Numbered from the stretch's first letter, positions 21,558 to 30,098 are shown. The stretch is 32,000 bases of DNA from Moraxella nasicaprae (GCF_025643275.1 NZ_CP089977.1:1230001-1262000); one strand, 5' to 3'. Made by a program: numbers and translations. Notes: generated by a model not told the origin, from the letters alone.

Positions 21558-21642
21558 GCGATCGTGGTGGAATTGGTAGACACGCCATCTTGAGGGGGTG
21601 GTGCTTCACGGCGTGAGGGTTCAAGTCCCTCCGATCGCACCA
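21558..21642 (+). tRNA. tRNA-Leu (anticodon GAG), long variable arm, encoded CCA
   Basis: Acceptor GCGATCG/CGATCGC. Anticodon stem CCATC/GGTGG with loop TTGAGGG. Long variable arm. T-arm GAGGGTTCAAGTCCCTC. It closely parallels E. coli tRNA-Leu architecture. Confidence 0.9.
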
Positions 21643-21666
21643 AATTAAAAATATTCAAAAAATTGC

Positions 21667-21694
21667 TTGACAATACCAAGAGATTGGTTATAAT
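21667..21694 (+). promoter_or_regulatory. near-consensus sigma70 promoter driving tRNA-fMet (and probably rimP-nusA-infB)
   Basis: Perfect TTGACA (21667-21672), 16-bp spacer, perfect TATAAT (21689-21694), 14 nt upstream of the tRNA 5' end. Confidence 0.7.
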
Positions 21695-21707
21695 AGTAGG
21701 ACATTGA

Positions 21708-21784
<77 letters not shown>

Positions 21785-21831
21785 CTTTTATAAAGAAAAT
21801 CCTAAGTTGGACAAAGTAAACCAAATTAGGT

Positions 21832-21852
21832 GTTTGGATTATCCAAACTTTT
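21832..21852 (+). terminator. small stem-loop + T4 after tRNA-fMet (attenuator)
   Basis: GTTTGGA / TCCAAAC stem with a 3-nt loop, followed by TTTT. Confidence 0.5.
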
Positions 21853-21870
21853 CGGCTGGTATTAAGATTG

Positions 21871-21901
21871 CCCACCAACGATGTGTTTTGTGGGTTTTTT
21901 T
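21871..21901 (+). terminator. second stem-loop + T7 upstream of rimP (attenuator)
   Basis: CCCAC...GTGGG stem, extendable with mismatches, followed by TTTTTTT. In E. coli, terminators also separate metY from rimP. Confidence 0.55.
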
Positions 21902-21944
21902 GTATTTATCATCTGCCATTTTTATAGGAATTTCATTGTAGATT

Positions 21945-22442
21945 ATGAAACCATCAAGTAAAGTTGCTGAATTGACAGAGTTGATTGCCCCTGCGGTTGC
22001 TGCGTGTGGCGTGGATTTGTGGGGCATTGAGTTTATGCCACAAGGACGCAAATCCTTACTTCGCATTTATATCGAAAGCCTGCCTGAAAATCGTGCGGCA
22101 GGTGAGCATGTTACCATCGAAGACTGCTCTGCGGTCAATCATCAGGTATCAGGCGTGCTCGATGTGCATGACCCCATCGCTGGCGAATATGTGCTGGAAG
22201 TGTCTAGCCCTGGCTTTGATCGTCCACTCTTTACTCGTGAGCAGGTGGCTGAATATGTGGGCGAAATCATCAATTTGCGATTGATTCATGCCATTGGTAC
22301 AGGCGATACCAAACGCCGAAAAGTGGTCGGTCGTTTGCAGGCAGTCAATGAAAATAGCATGACTGTGGTGACCGAAGATAAGCTAGAATTTGACATTGCT
22401 TTTGATAGTGTTGATAAGGCACATTTGGTTTACGAAGACTAA
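21945..22442 (+). CDS. rimP: ribosome maturation factor RimP
   Basis: 165 aa with LWGIEF...LRIYI and [14 protein letters not shown] motifs. Conserved position before nusA. Confidence 0.9.
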   Translation: MKPSSKVAELTELIAPAVAACGVDLWGIEFMPQGRKSLLRIYIESLPENRAAGEHVTIEDCSAVNHQVSGVLDVHDPIAGEYVLEVSSPGFDRPLFTREQVAEYVGEIINLRLIHAIGTGDTKRRKVVGRLQAVNENSMTVVTEDKLEFDIAFDSVDKAHLVYED

Positions 22443-22486
22443 TTTTATCATTTTAATCACATTACCCTTCATAAGGATTCAAACAG

Positions 22487-23968
22487 ATGAGTCGTGAAAT
22501 TTTGACCGTGGTCGAGACCGTCAGTAACGAAAAAGGGCTAAATCCTGAAGATATTTTTGAAGCCATCGAACAGGCATTGGTTGTCTCTACCAAGAAAAAA
22601 GTTTATACCGAGCAGCCAGAAGTGGCGATTCGTGTGCATATTGACCGTAAGACAGGCGATTATGACACTTATCGTTTTTGGACGGTGGTGGCTGATGAAG
22701 ACCACGAGATGCCAGCTTGCCAGCTTGCCATCAGTGATTTGGACGAAAGCCAATATCAAATCGGCGACATTGTTGAAGAACAGATTGAGTCCATCGAATT
22801 TGGTCGTATTGCTGCTACCCAGGCAAAGCAAGTGATTATCCAAAAAATCCGTGAAGCAGAGCGTTCTTTGGTGGCTGATGCGTTTGAGTCGCATTTGGGC
22901 GAGATTGTTTCTGGTGAAATCAAAAAACAAAGCCGAGATGCGTATATCGTGGATTTGGGCGATAATGCAGAGGGTTATCTTGCCAAAGACCAGACCTTAC
23001 CAAGAGAATTGCTGCGTCCAAAAAGCCGTGTCAATGCCATTTTGTACCAAGTCAATCGTGATGGCAGAAGCCCGCAGTTGATGTTGTCTCGTACCAATAA
23101 TGAGATGCTGATTGCCTTGATGCATAAAGAAGTACCAGAAATCAGCGAGCAAATCATCGAGATTCGTGATGTGGCTCGTCTGCCTGGATTGCGTGCCAAA
23201 ATCTCGGTCAAGACCAACGACCATCGCATCGACCCTGTGGGGGCGTGTATCGGCATGCGTGGTACTCGTATTCAGGCGGTACAGCAAGAACTTGATGGCG
23301 AACGCATCGATGTGGTGGTGTGGAATGAAGACCCAGCACAGTACATCATTTCTAGCTTAGAGCCTGCCGATGTGAGTGGCTTGGTGATTGATGAAGACAC
23401 CAAGACAGCTGATGTGATTTTTGCTACCAGTGATCAGTTGGCTCGTGCCATTGGCTCACAAGGTCAAAATGTGCGTTTGGCATCAGAATTGACTGGTTAT
23501 AAGCTCAACATGATTTTAGAATCAGAGTACAATGAACGCCTACAATCAGAAAGCCAAGCGGTGATTGATTTGTTCTACGAGCGTCTAGAAGTGGATCGTG
23601 ATTTGGCAGAAGTCTTGGCGGAAGTCGGCTTTACCGACATTGAAAGTGTTGCCTACGCCCCAGCCGAAGAGTTTCATGAGATTGACGGCTTGGACGATGA
23701 AACCATCGCTGCTCTACAAGCCCGTGCCAAAGAAGTCATCATCGCTGATGAAATTGCCAAGCAGCAAAACATCAAAGAGCCAAGTGCTGAATTGCTTGCA
23801 CTGGACGACATGACACCAGCCATTGCCTACAAATTGGCTGAGCGTGACATCATCACGCTTGATGATTTGGCGGAGCAAGCGGTGTTCGACATCGAAGACA
23901 TTGAAGGCTTGGACGCAGACAGTGCAGGCAAGCTGATTATGAATGCTCGTCAATCATGGTTTGCGTAA
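22487..23968 (+). CDS. nusA: transcription termination/antitermination factor NusA
   Basis: 493 aa with an N-terminal NusA domain, an S1 domain (GEIVSGEIKK), two KH domains (GMRGTRIQ, GSQGQNVR), and C-terminal acidic HhH repeats. Confidence 0.95.
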   Translation: MSREILTVVETVSNEKGLNPEDIFEAIEQALVVSTKKKVYTEQPEVAIRVHIDRKTGDYDTYRFWTVVADEDHEMPACQLAISDLDESQYQIGDIVEEQIESIEFGRIAATQAKQVIIQKIREAERSLVADAFESHLGEIVSGEIKKQSRDAYIVDLGDNAEGYLAKDQTLPRELLRPKSRVNAILYQVNRDGRSPQLMLSRTNNEMLIALMHKEVPEISEQIIEIRDVARLPGLRAKISVKTNDHRIDPVGACIGMRGTRIQAVQQELDGERIDVVVWNEDPAQYIISSLEPADVSGLVIDEDTKTADVIFATSDQLARAIGSQGQNVRLASELTGYKLNMILESEYNERLQSESQAVIDLFYERLEVDRDLAEVLAEVGFTDIESVAYAPAEEFHEIDGLDDETIAALQARAKEVIIADEIAKQQNIKEPSAELLALDDMTPAIAYKLAERDIITLDDLAEQAVFDIEDIEGLDADSAGKLIMNARQSWFA

Positions 23969-24020
23969 TCATGCGTGCTGTGCTTGGTGCATGGCGATGA
24001 GCGTGCAACGATTTTAATAT

Positions 24021-24098
24021 TGCCAAAACCGCCTAATGGGTTTTGGCACACAATTTAAAAAAATCCAGTCTAAGTGCCGTTTTGGTATGGACTGGATT
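24021..24098 (+). other. two perfect 9-bp stem-loops in the nusA-infB spacer
   Basis: TGCCAAAAC (24021-24029)/GTTTTGGCA (24040-24048) and AATCCAGTC (24062-24070)/GACTGGATT (24090-24098). See findings. Confidence 0.5.
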
Positions 24099-24121
24099 GC
24101 CAAAACAAATTAGGTGAATGA

Positions 24122-26851
24122 ATGGCGAATAAGACAGTTAAAGAACTAGCCCAAATCTCAAAACAGACCCCAGAGGTGGTGTTAAAACAATTAACCGATG
24201 CAGGTTTGCCTGCTCGTGGCGAAAACGATGTCGTCAGCGAGGCGGAACAAGAGCATCTGGTCAGCTTTTTGAAACAAAGTCATGGCGAGAAAAAATCTCG
24301 CATCAGTCTAAAATCTCGAACCACTTCAACTGCCCAAGTGACAGGCACTTCTGGCAAATCTAAGACGGTCAATGTCGTACGCACCAAGAAAGTTGTGTAC
24401 GAAAAACCAGATCCAGCCAAGATTGAGGCTCAAATCGCTGCCCAAGCAAAAGCAGCCGAAGAAGAACGCCTCAAAGCCATCGAAGCAAAACAAGCCGCTG
24501 AACGCAGCAAAAAAGAAGCAGCAGAACGCCAAGCGGCAACTTTGGCTGCCATGCGTGCCAATACTGCTCCTGCCGAAAAAGCAGAAACCGCTTCTGTGGT
24601 GGTCAAAAAGACCAAAAAAGAAGAGGTGGCGGTTGAAATCAAGACTGATAAGAAAAAAGCTCAGCCAGCTAAGCCTGCCAAAACAGAATCTGCCGAAGAC
24701 AAAGCCGCTCGTCAGGCTCGTGAAGCAGAAGAAGACCGTTTGCGTCAAATGGAGGCTGAGACTCGCCGTAAAGCTGCCGAAGAAGCCCAAAAGCGTACTT
24801 TGGAGCAGATGAAGCAGATGGCAAGTCGCTACAATGATAATGAAGAGACCGCCACATCAGCTGTGGTGCGTACCAGAGATGATGCACCGCTTGCTGACGG
24901 TTTGGTGGGTAAGGCATTAGAAGAATCCTTTGAAAAAGAACGCCGTGAAATTAAGCGTGGCACGGCTGGCAACTCTGGCAAAAACAGTAAAAAAGGCGGT
25001 CGTCGCAACCAAGAAGAGCGAGAGATTAAGACCAAAGCTCGTGGTCTAAAATCATCTCAGGCAAATAAACACAAATTTGAGATGCCTGTCGAAAAAATCG
25101 TCCATAATGTTGAAGTGGGCGAGGGCATTGTGGTGTCGGATTTGGCTCAAAAAATGGCAGTCAAAGTCCGTGAAGTCATTAAGGCCTTAATGAAGATGGG
25201 CGAGATGGTGCGTGAAGGCGACACCATTGACCAAGATACCGCAGGGCTTGTCATCGAAGAATTTGGTCATATTTTAGTGCCTGTTTCTGAAACTAAGCTA
25301 GAAGATGATTTGCAAGAAGCCGTCAATGAAAAATCAGGCAACATTCAAACTCGTCCGCCTGTGGTGACCATCATGGGTCATGTTGACCATGGTAAGACCT
25401 CATTGTTGGATAAGATTCGTGCCACCAAAGTTGCTAGCGGCGAGGCTGGCGGCATCACTCAGCACATCGGTGCTTATCATGTGGAGACTGAGCGTGGTGT
25501 GATTACTTTCCTTGACACACCAGGACACGCTGCCTTTACAGCGATGCGTTCTCGTGGTGCTCAGGCGACCGATATTGTCGTGCTGGTTGTGGCGGCTGAT
25601 GATGGCATGATGCCACAGACCGAAGAGGCGATTGACCACGCTCGTGCAGCTGGTACGCCTTTGATTGTTGCCATCAACAAAATGGATAAAGATACCGCTG
25701 ACCCTGACCGTGTCATCAATGAGCTGTCTGTCAAAGAAGTCATTCCAGAAGAATGGGGCGGCGATGTGCCAATGGTGCGTGTTTCTGCCAAGAGCGGCAT
25801 GGGCATTGATGAGCTATTAGAAGTCATCAGCATTCAAGCTGAGGTCATGGAGCTTGAAGCTCCTGTGGACGGTGCAGCTCAAGGCGTGGTCATCGAATCT
25901 CGTCTGGACAAAGGTCGTGGTGCAGTAGCAAGTCTGCTTGTCAAAAAAGGCACATTAAATCAAGGCGATTTGGTACTGGCTGGCGAATACTACGGCAAGG
26001 TGCGTGCGATGACCGATGAAAATGGTCAGCGTATCAAGCATGCAGGCCCATCGATTCCTGTGGAGATTTTGGGCTTGCCAGAAGCACCAGCAGCAGGTTC
26101 AGAATTCTTGGTGGTGTCTGATGAGAAAAAAGCTCGTGAAGTTGCTGATTTCCGTGCCGCTCGTGAACGAGATCGTATCCTAGAACGCCAAAACAAAATG
26201 CGACTAGACACTTTGTTTGATAGTATGGGCAATAGCGAAGTTGCTACCTTAAATATCATTCTAAAAACAGATGTTCGTGGTTCGTTAGAGGCACTGCTTG
26301 GTGCGTTGGACGAGCTTTCTACCGATGAAGTCAAGGTGCGAGTCATCAGTTCTGGCGTGGGTGCGATTACTGAGTCTGATGTGATTTTGGCGGAGTCTAG
26401 CGAAGCGGTGCTACTTGGCTTTAATGTTCGTGCAGACAATGCAGGTAAGAAAAAAGCGGACGCAGCAGGCTTAGACATTCGTTATTATAGCGTGATTTAT
26501 GGCTTGATTGATGATGTCAAGGCAGCAATGAGTGGTATGCTTGCCCCTGAGCACCGTGAACAAATCTTGGGTATTGCTGAGGTGCGTGAAGTGTTCCGTT
26601 CAAGCAAGTTTGGGGCAGCGGCTGGTTGTATGGTTCAAGAAGGTACAATCCATCGCAACAAACCAATCCGTGTTTTGCGTGATGATAAGGTCATCTTTAC
26701 AGGTCAGTTGCAATCATTACGCCGTTACAAAGACGATGTCAATGAGGTCAAAGCTGGCATGGAATGTGGTCTTGCGGTCAAAGGCTATGAAGTGGCTGTG
26801 GGCGATAAGATTGAAGTCTTTGAAATCCACGAAGTTCGTCGTGAGCTGTAA
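24122..26851 (+). CDS. infB: translation initiation factor IF-2
   Basis: 909 aa with a K/E/A-rich N-terminal region, G domain [21 protein letters not shown], and C-terminal domains. SD AGGTGA. Confidence 0.95.
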   Translation: MANKTVKELAQISKQTPEVVLKQLTDAGLPARGENDVVSEAEQEHLVSFLKQSHGEKKSRISLKSRTTSTAQVTGTSGKSKTVNVVRTKKVVYEKPDPAKIEAQIAAQAKAAEEERLKAIEAKQAAERSKKEAAERQAATLAAMRANTAPAEKAETASVVVKKTKKEEVAVEIKTDKKKAQPAKPAKTESAEDKAARQAREAEEDRLRQMEAETRRKAAEEAQKRTLEQMKQMASRYNDNEETATSAVVRTRDDAPLADGLVGKALEESFEKERREIKRGTAGNSGKNSKKGGRRNQEEREIKTKARGLKSSQANKHKFEMPVEKIVHNVEVGEGIVVSDLAQKMAVKVREVIKALMKMGEMVREGDTIDQDTAGLVIEEFGHILVPVSETKLEDDLQEAVNEKSGNIQTRPPVVTIMGHVDHGKTSLLDKIRATKVASGEAGGITQHIGAYHVETERGVITFLDTPGHAAFTAMRSRGAQATDIVVLVVAADDGMMPQTEEAIDHARAAGTPLIVAINKMDKDTADPDRVINELSVKEVIPEEWGGDVPMVRVSAKSGMGIDELLEVISIQAEVMELEAPVDGAAQGVVIESRLDKGRGAVASLLVKKGTLNQGDLVLAGEYYGKVRAMTDENGQRIKHAGPSIPVEILGLPEAPAAGSEFLVVSDEKKAREVADFRAARERDRILERQNKMRLDTLFDSMGNSEVATLNIILKTDVRGSLEALLGALDELSTDEVKVRVISSGVGAITESDVILAESSEAVLLGFNVRADNAGKKKADAAGLDIRYYSVIYGLIDDVKAAMSGMLAPEHREQILGIAEVREVFRSSKFGAAAGCMVQEGTIHRNKPIRVLRDDKVIFTGQLQSLRRYKDDVNEVKAGMECGLAVKGYEVAVGDKIEVFEIHEVRREL

Positions 26852-26867
26852 TACCGCTCTAAACCCA

Positions 26868-26902
26868 CCAAAGCCCTGTGTATTGCAGGGTTTTGGTTTT
26901 TT
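26868..26902 (+). terminator. strong rho-independent terminator after infB
   Basis: 11-bp stem CCAAAGCCCTG / CAGGGTTTTGG (one G-U pair), 7-nt loop, then T6. Confidence 0.8.
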
Positions 26903-26905
26903 ATG

Positions 26906-26934
26906 CTGACAAGTTTTTTGAAAATTGTTATACT
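26906..26934 (+). promoter_or_regulatory. candidate promoter for rbfA-truB (CTGACA-17 bp-TATACT)
   Basis: CTGACA at 26906-26911 and TATACT at 26929-26934, 35 nt upstream of the rbfA ATG. Confidence 0.45.
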
Positions 26935-26968
26935 CAAATCATCTAATTTTTATCAATGTAGGAAAATT

Positions 26969-27364
26969 ATGAATCAACGCTTACAACGATTGGCTGACCA
27001 AATCCAGCGAACCTTATCAAGTCTAATCCGTGATGAGATTAACGACCCTCGTTTGACGGGGTTTGTGACCATTTCTGGTGTCAAAGTCAGTCCAGACTTA
27101 GGCTATGCAGATGTCTATGTGACCATCTTGGAACCAAATCAAGACACAGGCATGAATAAAGAATCGCATCAAGAAAGTATGCAAATTTTAAACCGTGCAT
27201 CAGGATTTTTGCGAACGCAGTTATCTGCCACGATGAAAACTCGTACCACGCCACGCCTAAGATTTCATTATGATGAAGTGACGGCACACGGCAACCACAT
27301 GATGGATTTGATTAGCCAAGCCATGCGAGAAACTGCCAAAAATGACCATCAAGACGATGAATAA
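26969..27364 (+). CDS. rbfA: ribosome-binding factor A
   Basis: MNQRLQRLADQIQRTLSSLIRDEINDPRL...VTISGVKVSPDL..A.VYV fits the RbfA KH-like fold pattern. I trimmed the start to ATG 26969 (SD AGGAAA). Confidence 0.9.
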   Translation: MNQRLQRLADQIQRTLSSLIRDEINDPRLTGFVTISGVKVSPDLGYADVYVTILEPNQDTGMNKESHQESMQILNRASGFLRTQLSATMKTRTTPRLRFHYDEVTAHGNHMMDLISQAMRETAKNDHQDDE

Positions 27365-28283
27365 GCAAGTTGTTTCAGGCATTTTATTGCTGGATAAATC
27401 ACAAGGCATCAGTTCGCATTCAGCATTGGCAAAAGCCAAATATCTGTTCAAATCCGATTGCCAAGATTCAAAAAAAGCAGGGCATACAGGCACGCTAGAT
27501 CCGATGGCGACAGGTCTGTTGCCATTGTGTTTTGGGGAGGCGACCAAATTTGCTCAATATGGATTGGACGCTGACAAAGGCTATCATGCCATCATCAAAT
27601 TGGGCGTGCAGACCGATTCTGGCGATGCTGATGGGCAAGTCATCGCTCATCAAGCCGTGCCAGCATTTGTACAAGAAACGCTAGATGGTATTGCAAGCCA
27701 AATGATGGGGCAAATCATGCAAACGCCACCGATGTATTCTGCCCTAAAAAAAGATGGCAAAAAGCTCTATGAATATGCTCGTCAAGGCATTGAAGTTGAG
27801 CGAGAAGCTAGACCCATCATCATACATCAGCTAAGACTTGCCAAAATAGGCGATGATGAAGTGATGATGAATGTGGTTTGCTCCAAAGGTACTTATGTGC
27901 GAGTGTTGGGTGAAAGTGTGGCAGAGGCACTTGGGACGGTGGGTCATTTGACGCAGTTAAGACGCACGCTGACAGGTGGGTTTGATGTTACTGATGCCAT
28001 TGAGTTATCTGTGCTTGAAGCGTTATCCATGCCAGAGAGGATGGCACGATTATTGCCCATCGATGCGATGCTGACACATTTACCGATTTTAAGTATTGAT
28101 GAAACCCAAAAATCACGCCTAAAACTTGGGCAACGCCTTAATGTCAAAGACAAATTGGCAACTTTGCCCACCTTTGATGAATTGCTGTTGGTGCGATTAT
28201 ATGCTGATGGCGTGTTCATTGGCTTGGGCGAGCTTGCCAATTCTGGTCGATTACAGCCCATCAGATTGGTGCAGTCAGTATAA
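27342..28283 (+). CDS. truB: tRNA pseudouridine(55) synthase TruB
   Basis: GILLLDKSQGISSH, the catalytic Asp motif GHTGTLDPMATGLL, and YSALKKDGKKLYEYAR. The start is ambiguous between 27342 (23-nt overlap with rbfA) and ATG 27357 (8-nt overlap). Confidence 0.9.
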   Translation: MTIKTMNKQVVSGILLLDKSQGISSHSALAKAKYLFKSDCQDSKKAGHTGTLDPMATGLLPLCFGEATKFAQYGLDADKGYHAIIKLGVQTDSGDADGQVIAHQAVPAFVQETLDGIASQMMGQIMQTPPMYSALKKDGKKLYEYARQGIEVEREARPIIIHQLRLAKIGDDEVMMNVVCSKGTYVRVLGESVAEALGTVGHLTQLRRTLTGGFDVTDAIELSVLEALSMPERMARLLPIDAMLTHLPILSIDETQKSRLKLGQRLNVKDKLATLPTFDELLLVRLYADGVFIGLGELANSGRLQPIRLVQSV

Positions 28284-28333
28284 GAAAAGACCAATCAGTG
28301 TTTAAATTTTTTTGTAAATTTACCATTTTTTGC

Positions 28334-28362
28334 TTGCCGAATGTTGCGGGGGGGGGTAGAAT
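28334..28362 (+). promoter_or_regulatory. candidate promoter of OMP paralog 1 with a G9 tract in the spacer (TTGCCG-17 bp-TAGAAT)
   Basis: TTGCCG at 28334-28339 and TAGAAT at 28357-28362. The 17-bp spacer ends in nine consecutive G (28348-28356) abutting the -10 hexamer. It lies 68 nt upstream of the ATG at 28430. Confidence 0.5.
28348..28356. repeat. homopolymeric G9 tract
   Basis: Directly read as gttgc GGGGGGGGG tagaat. It is the only G/C homopolymer of this length that I noticed in the window. Confidence 0.95.
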
Positions 28363-28429
28363 ATCTTTGCTTTGTTAAAAGCGTGTTTCTATAAACTCTC
28401 AAACGGTTTTACAGTTTTAAGGATGTATT

Positions 28430-29050
28430 ATGAAAAAGCTACTTTTAGCTACCCTGTTGGCAGGCACTTCAATCCTAGCAATGGCGAATACTGCTGGCTT
28501 GTATGTACAAGGCAACATCGGTGTGTCTAAACTAGAAGCCAAAGCAGACGGTGAAAAATTTAAAGATAATAACACAGGATATACTATCGCTGTGGGTAAA
28601 GATGCAGGTGCGGTGCGTTATCAAGCTGATTATACTAACTTTGGCAAAATCGAAGAAAGTGGATCGGATGGTGTTGCTGGCGTTGCTGGCTATGACGAGT
28701 GGGACTCGGTTCTAAAAGCTCAATCATTGGGCGTATCTGCCATCTATGATTTCCAAACTGTGTCAGGCTTTACCCCTTATGCAGGCGTGCGTGTTGGCGT
28801 GAATCAGCTGAAATTTGAAGAGGATGTGAGATATTCAACAATTGATTTGAATGGTGCTTACACGGTGTATTCTGCAAATGAATCATATAAAAAGACCAAA
28901 GTTGGTGCAGGTGTGCTTGCAGGTGTACAATATGCCATCAACCCGCAACTTGCTGTGGATGCTGGTGTTGAGTATAACTATCTTGGTAAACTCGAAGATA
29001 CTAAATTAAATCAATACGGTGCAAAAGTGGGTCTGCGTTACAATTTCTAA
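28430..29050 (+). CDS. small outer-membrane beta-barrel protein, Opa-like/OmpA-like 8-strand type (paralog 1)
   Basis: 206 aa with signal peptide MKKLLLATLLAGTSILAMA. Alternating-hydrophobicity strands and an aromatic C-terminus GLRYNF. SD TAAGGA. Confidence 0.8.
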   Translation: MKKLLLATLLAGTSILAMANTAGLYVQGNIGVSKLEAKADGEKFKDNNTGYTIAVGKDAGAVRYQADYTNFGKIEESGSDGVAGVAGYDEWDSVLKAQSLGVSAIYDFQTVSGFTPYAGVRVGVNQLKFEEDVRYSTIDLNGAYTVYSANESYKKTKVGAGVLAGVQYAINPQLAVDAGVEYNYLGKLEDTKLNQYGAKVGLRYNF

Positions 29051-29066
29051 TCGTCATGCCCGTATC

Positions 29067-29096
29067 AAACCCATCGTGCAAACGGTGGGTTTTTTG
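29067..29096 (+). terminator. rho-independent terminator after OMP paralog 1
   Basis: AAACCCATCG / CGGTGGGTTT stem (one G-U pair), then T-run. It is conserved after all three paralogs. Confidence 0.75.
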
Positions 29097-29102
29097 TGTT
29101 GT

Positions 29103-29131
29103 TTGACAAATGAACAAGTGTGCTTTATTAA
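29103..29131 (+). promoter_or_regulatory. candidate promoter (TTGACA-17 bp-TATTAA) in the conserved inter-paralog block
   Basis: Perfect -35 at 29103-29108 and TATTAA at 29126-29131. The same block recurs at 30034-30062. Confidence 0.45.
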
Positions 29132-29326
29132 AGGATTTGTTCATGAATTCTAAGTTCACTATTGATTATTTTGAAGGTGTTGTTTGGTAATATTTGGTAA
29201 AATCTTTACAAAATATTACTAATTGTTAGAAATTATCTATTATAATACCACCATCGATTGAATTTATATATCGATTGATTGGTATCGATGTACCAAATAA
29301 TCCATTGAATAAATAATAGGTGATTT

Positions 29327-29980
29327 ATGAAAAAGACAATTTTTGCAGCAGCAGCCTTAGCGTTATCAGCACAAGCATTGGCAATCGAATTGCCAACAAG
29401 CAACTCGCCATACTATGCACAAGCCGATGTTGGTTATTCACACATCAATGCTAAACACACTGGCGAAACCGTCAAAGAGGGCGATGTGGCGTTCCGTGTG
29501 GCGTTGGGTCGCACTTATGGCAACACTCGCTATGCGGTGGATTATACCCGTTTTGGTGGTGCTGAGAAGCGTGTTTATTCAGCCAAAACCGTAGCGGCAG
29601 GCGAGATGCCATTTGTACCAGCAGACACTTATACCCTAGAAAATTCAAATGATGTTGAAGTACATTCTGTGGGCGTGTCAGCGTATTATGATTTTGCTAA
29701 GATGAATCAATTCACACCGTATGTGGGTGCAAGATTGGGCGTAAACCGCCTAAGCCACGACATTGGCGAAGATTTGCACATTGGTGGCGAAGATTATGAC
29801 ATCAGCGGACATAGTGTTAATAAAACCAAAGTGGGTGCAGGCGTATCAGCAGGTGTACAATACGAAATCAATCCAGCATTGACGCTAGATGTTGGTGCAG
29901 AGTACAACCACTTTGGTAAAGTTGAAGACATCAAAGTGCATCAATATGGTGCAAAATTGGGTCTGCGTTACAATTTCTAA
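29327..29980 (+). CDS. small outer-membrane beta-barrel protein, Opa-like/OmpA-like type (paralog 2)
   Basis: 217 aa with signal peptide MKKTIFAAAALALSAQALA. It shares the strand blocks and the GLRYNF terminus with paralogs 1 and 3. SD TAGGTGA. Confidence 0.8.
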   Translation: MKKTIFAAAALALSAQALAIELPTSNSPYYAQADVGYSHINAKHTGETVKEGDVAFRVALGRTYGNTRYAVDYTRFGGAEKRVYSAKTVAAGEMPFVPADTYTLENSNDVEVHSVGVSAYYDFAKMNQFTPYVGARLGVNRLSHDIGEDLHIGGEDYDISGHSVNKTKVGAGVSAGVQYEINPALTLDVGAEYNHFGKVEDIKVHQYGAKLGLRYNF

Positions 29981-29997
29981 TCGTCATACCCATCATC

Positions 29998-30026
29998 AAA
30001 CCCATCGTGCAAGCGGTGGGTTTTTT
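29998..30026 (+). terminator. rho-independent terminator after OMP paralog 2
   Basis: AAACCCATCG / CGGTGGGTTT plus T6, the same element as at 29067. Confidence 0.75.
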
Positions 30027-30033
30027 GCGTTAT

Positions 30034-30062
30034 TTGACAAATGAACAAGTGTGCTTTATCAT
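30034..30062 (+). promoter_or_regulatory. candidate promoter of OMP paralog 3 (TTGACA-17 bp-TATCAT)
   Basis: Perfect -35 at 30034-30039 and TATCAT at 30057-30062, 37 nt before the ATG at 30099. Confidence 0.5.
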
Positions 30063-30098
30063 ATGCCTAAATCCATAATGTGAGTAAGGTTTTTTAAG

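Noticed and set aside
21839-22066. 75-aa minus-strand ORF overlapping the rimP start.
   Set aside because: It overlaps rimP and the upstream attenuator hairpins, and has no SD or recognisable family. It is most likely spurious.
24326-24917. ORFs of 154 aa (-), 146 aa (+, alternative frame), 70 aa (-) and 82 aa (-) inside the 5' part of infB.
   Set aside because: They overlap the low-complexity K/E/A-rich N-terminal region of IF-2, where the biased GAA/AAA/GCN composition keeps other frames open. Their products are low-complexity with no start signals.
26026-26478. 150-aa minus-strand ORF antisense to infB. Similar long antisense ORFs occur at 11894-12367 (+, in the patatin gene), 13896-14315 and 13961-14302 (-, in recG), 22538-22930 (-, in nusA), 10512-10889 (-, in fadA), and 9478-10113 (-, in fadB).
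   Set aside because: All are fully embedded antisense to, or out of frame with, strongly supported conserved genes. They lack SD sequences and have Ser/Ala/Cys-rich or otherwise atypical compositions.
29111-29191. 26-codon ORF (MNKCALLKDLFMNSKFTIDYFEGVVW) starting inside the conserved inter-paralog block.
   Set aside because: The second copy of the block (30042...) gives only a 9-codon ORF with a different continuation. The ATG lies inside the putative promoter spacer, and there is no SD.
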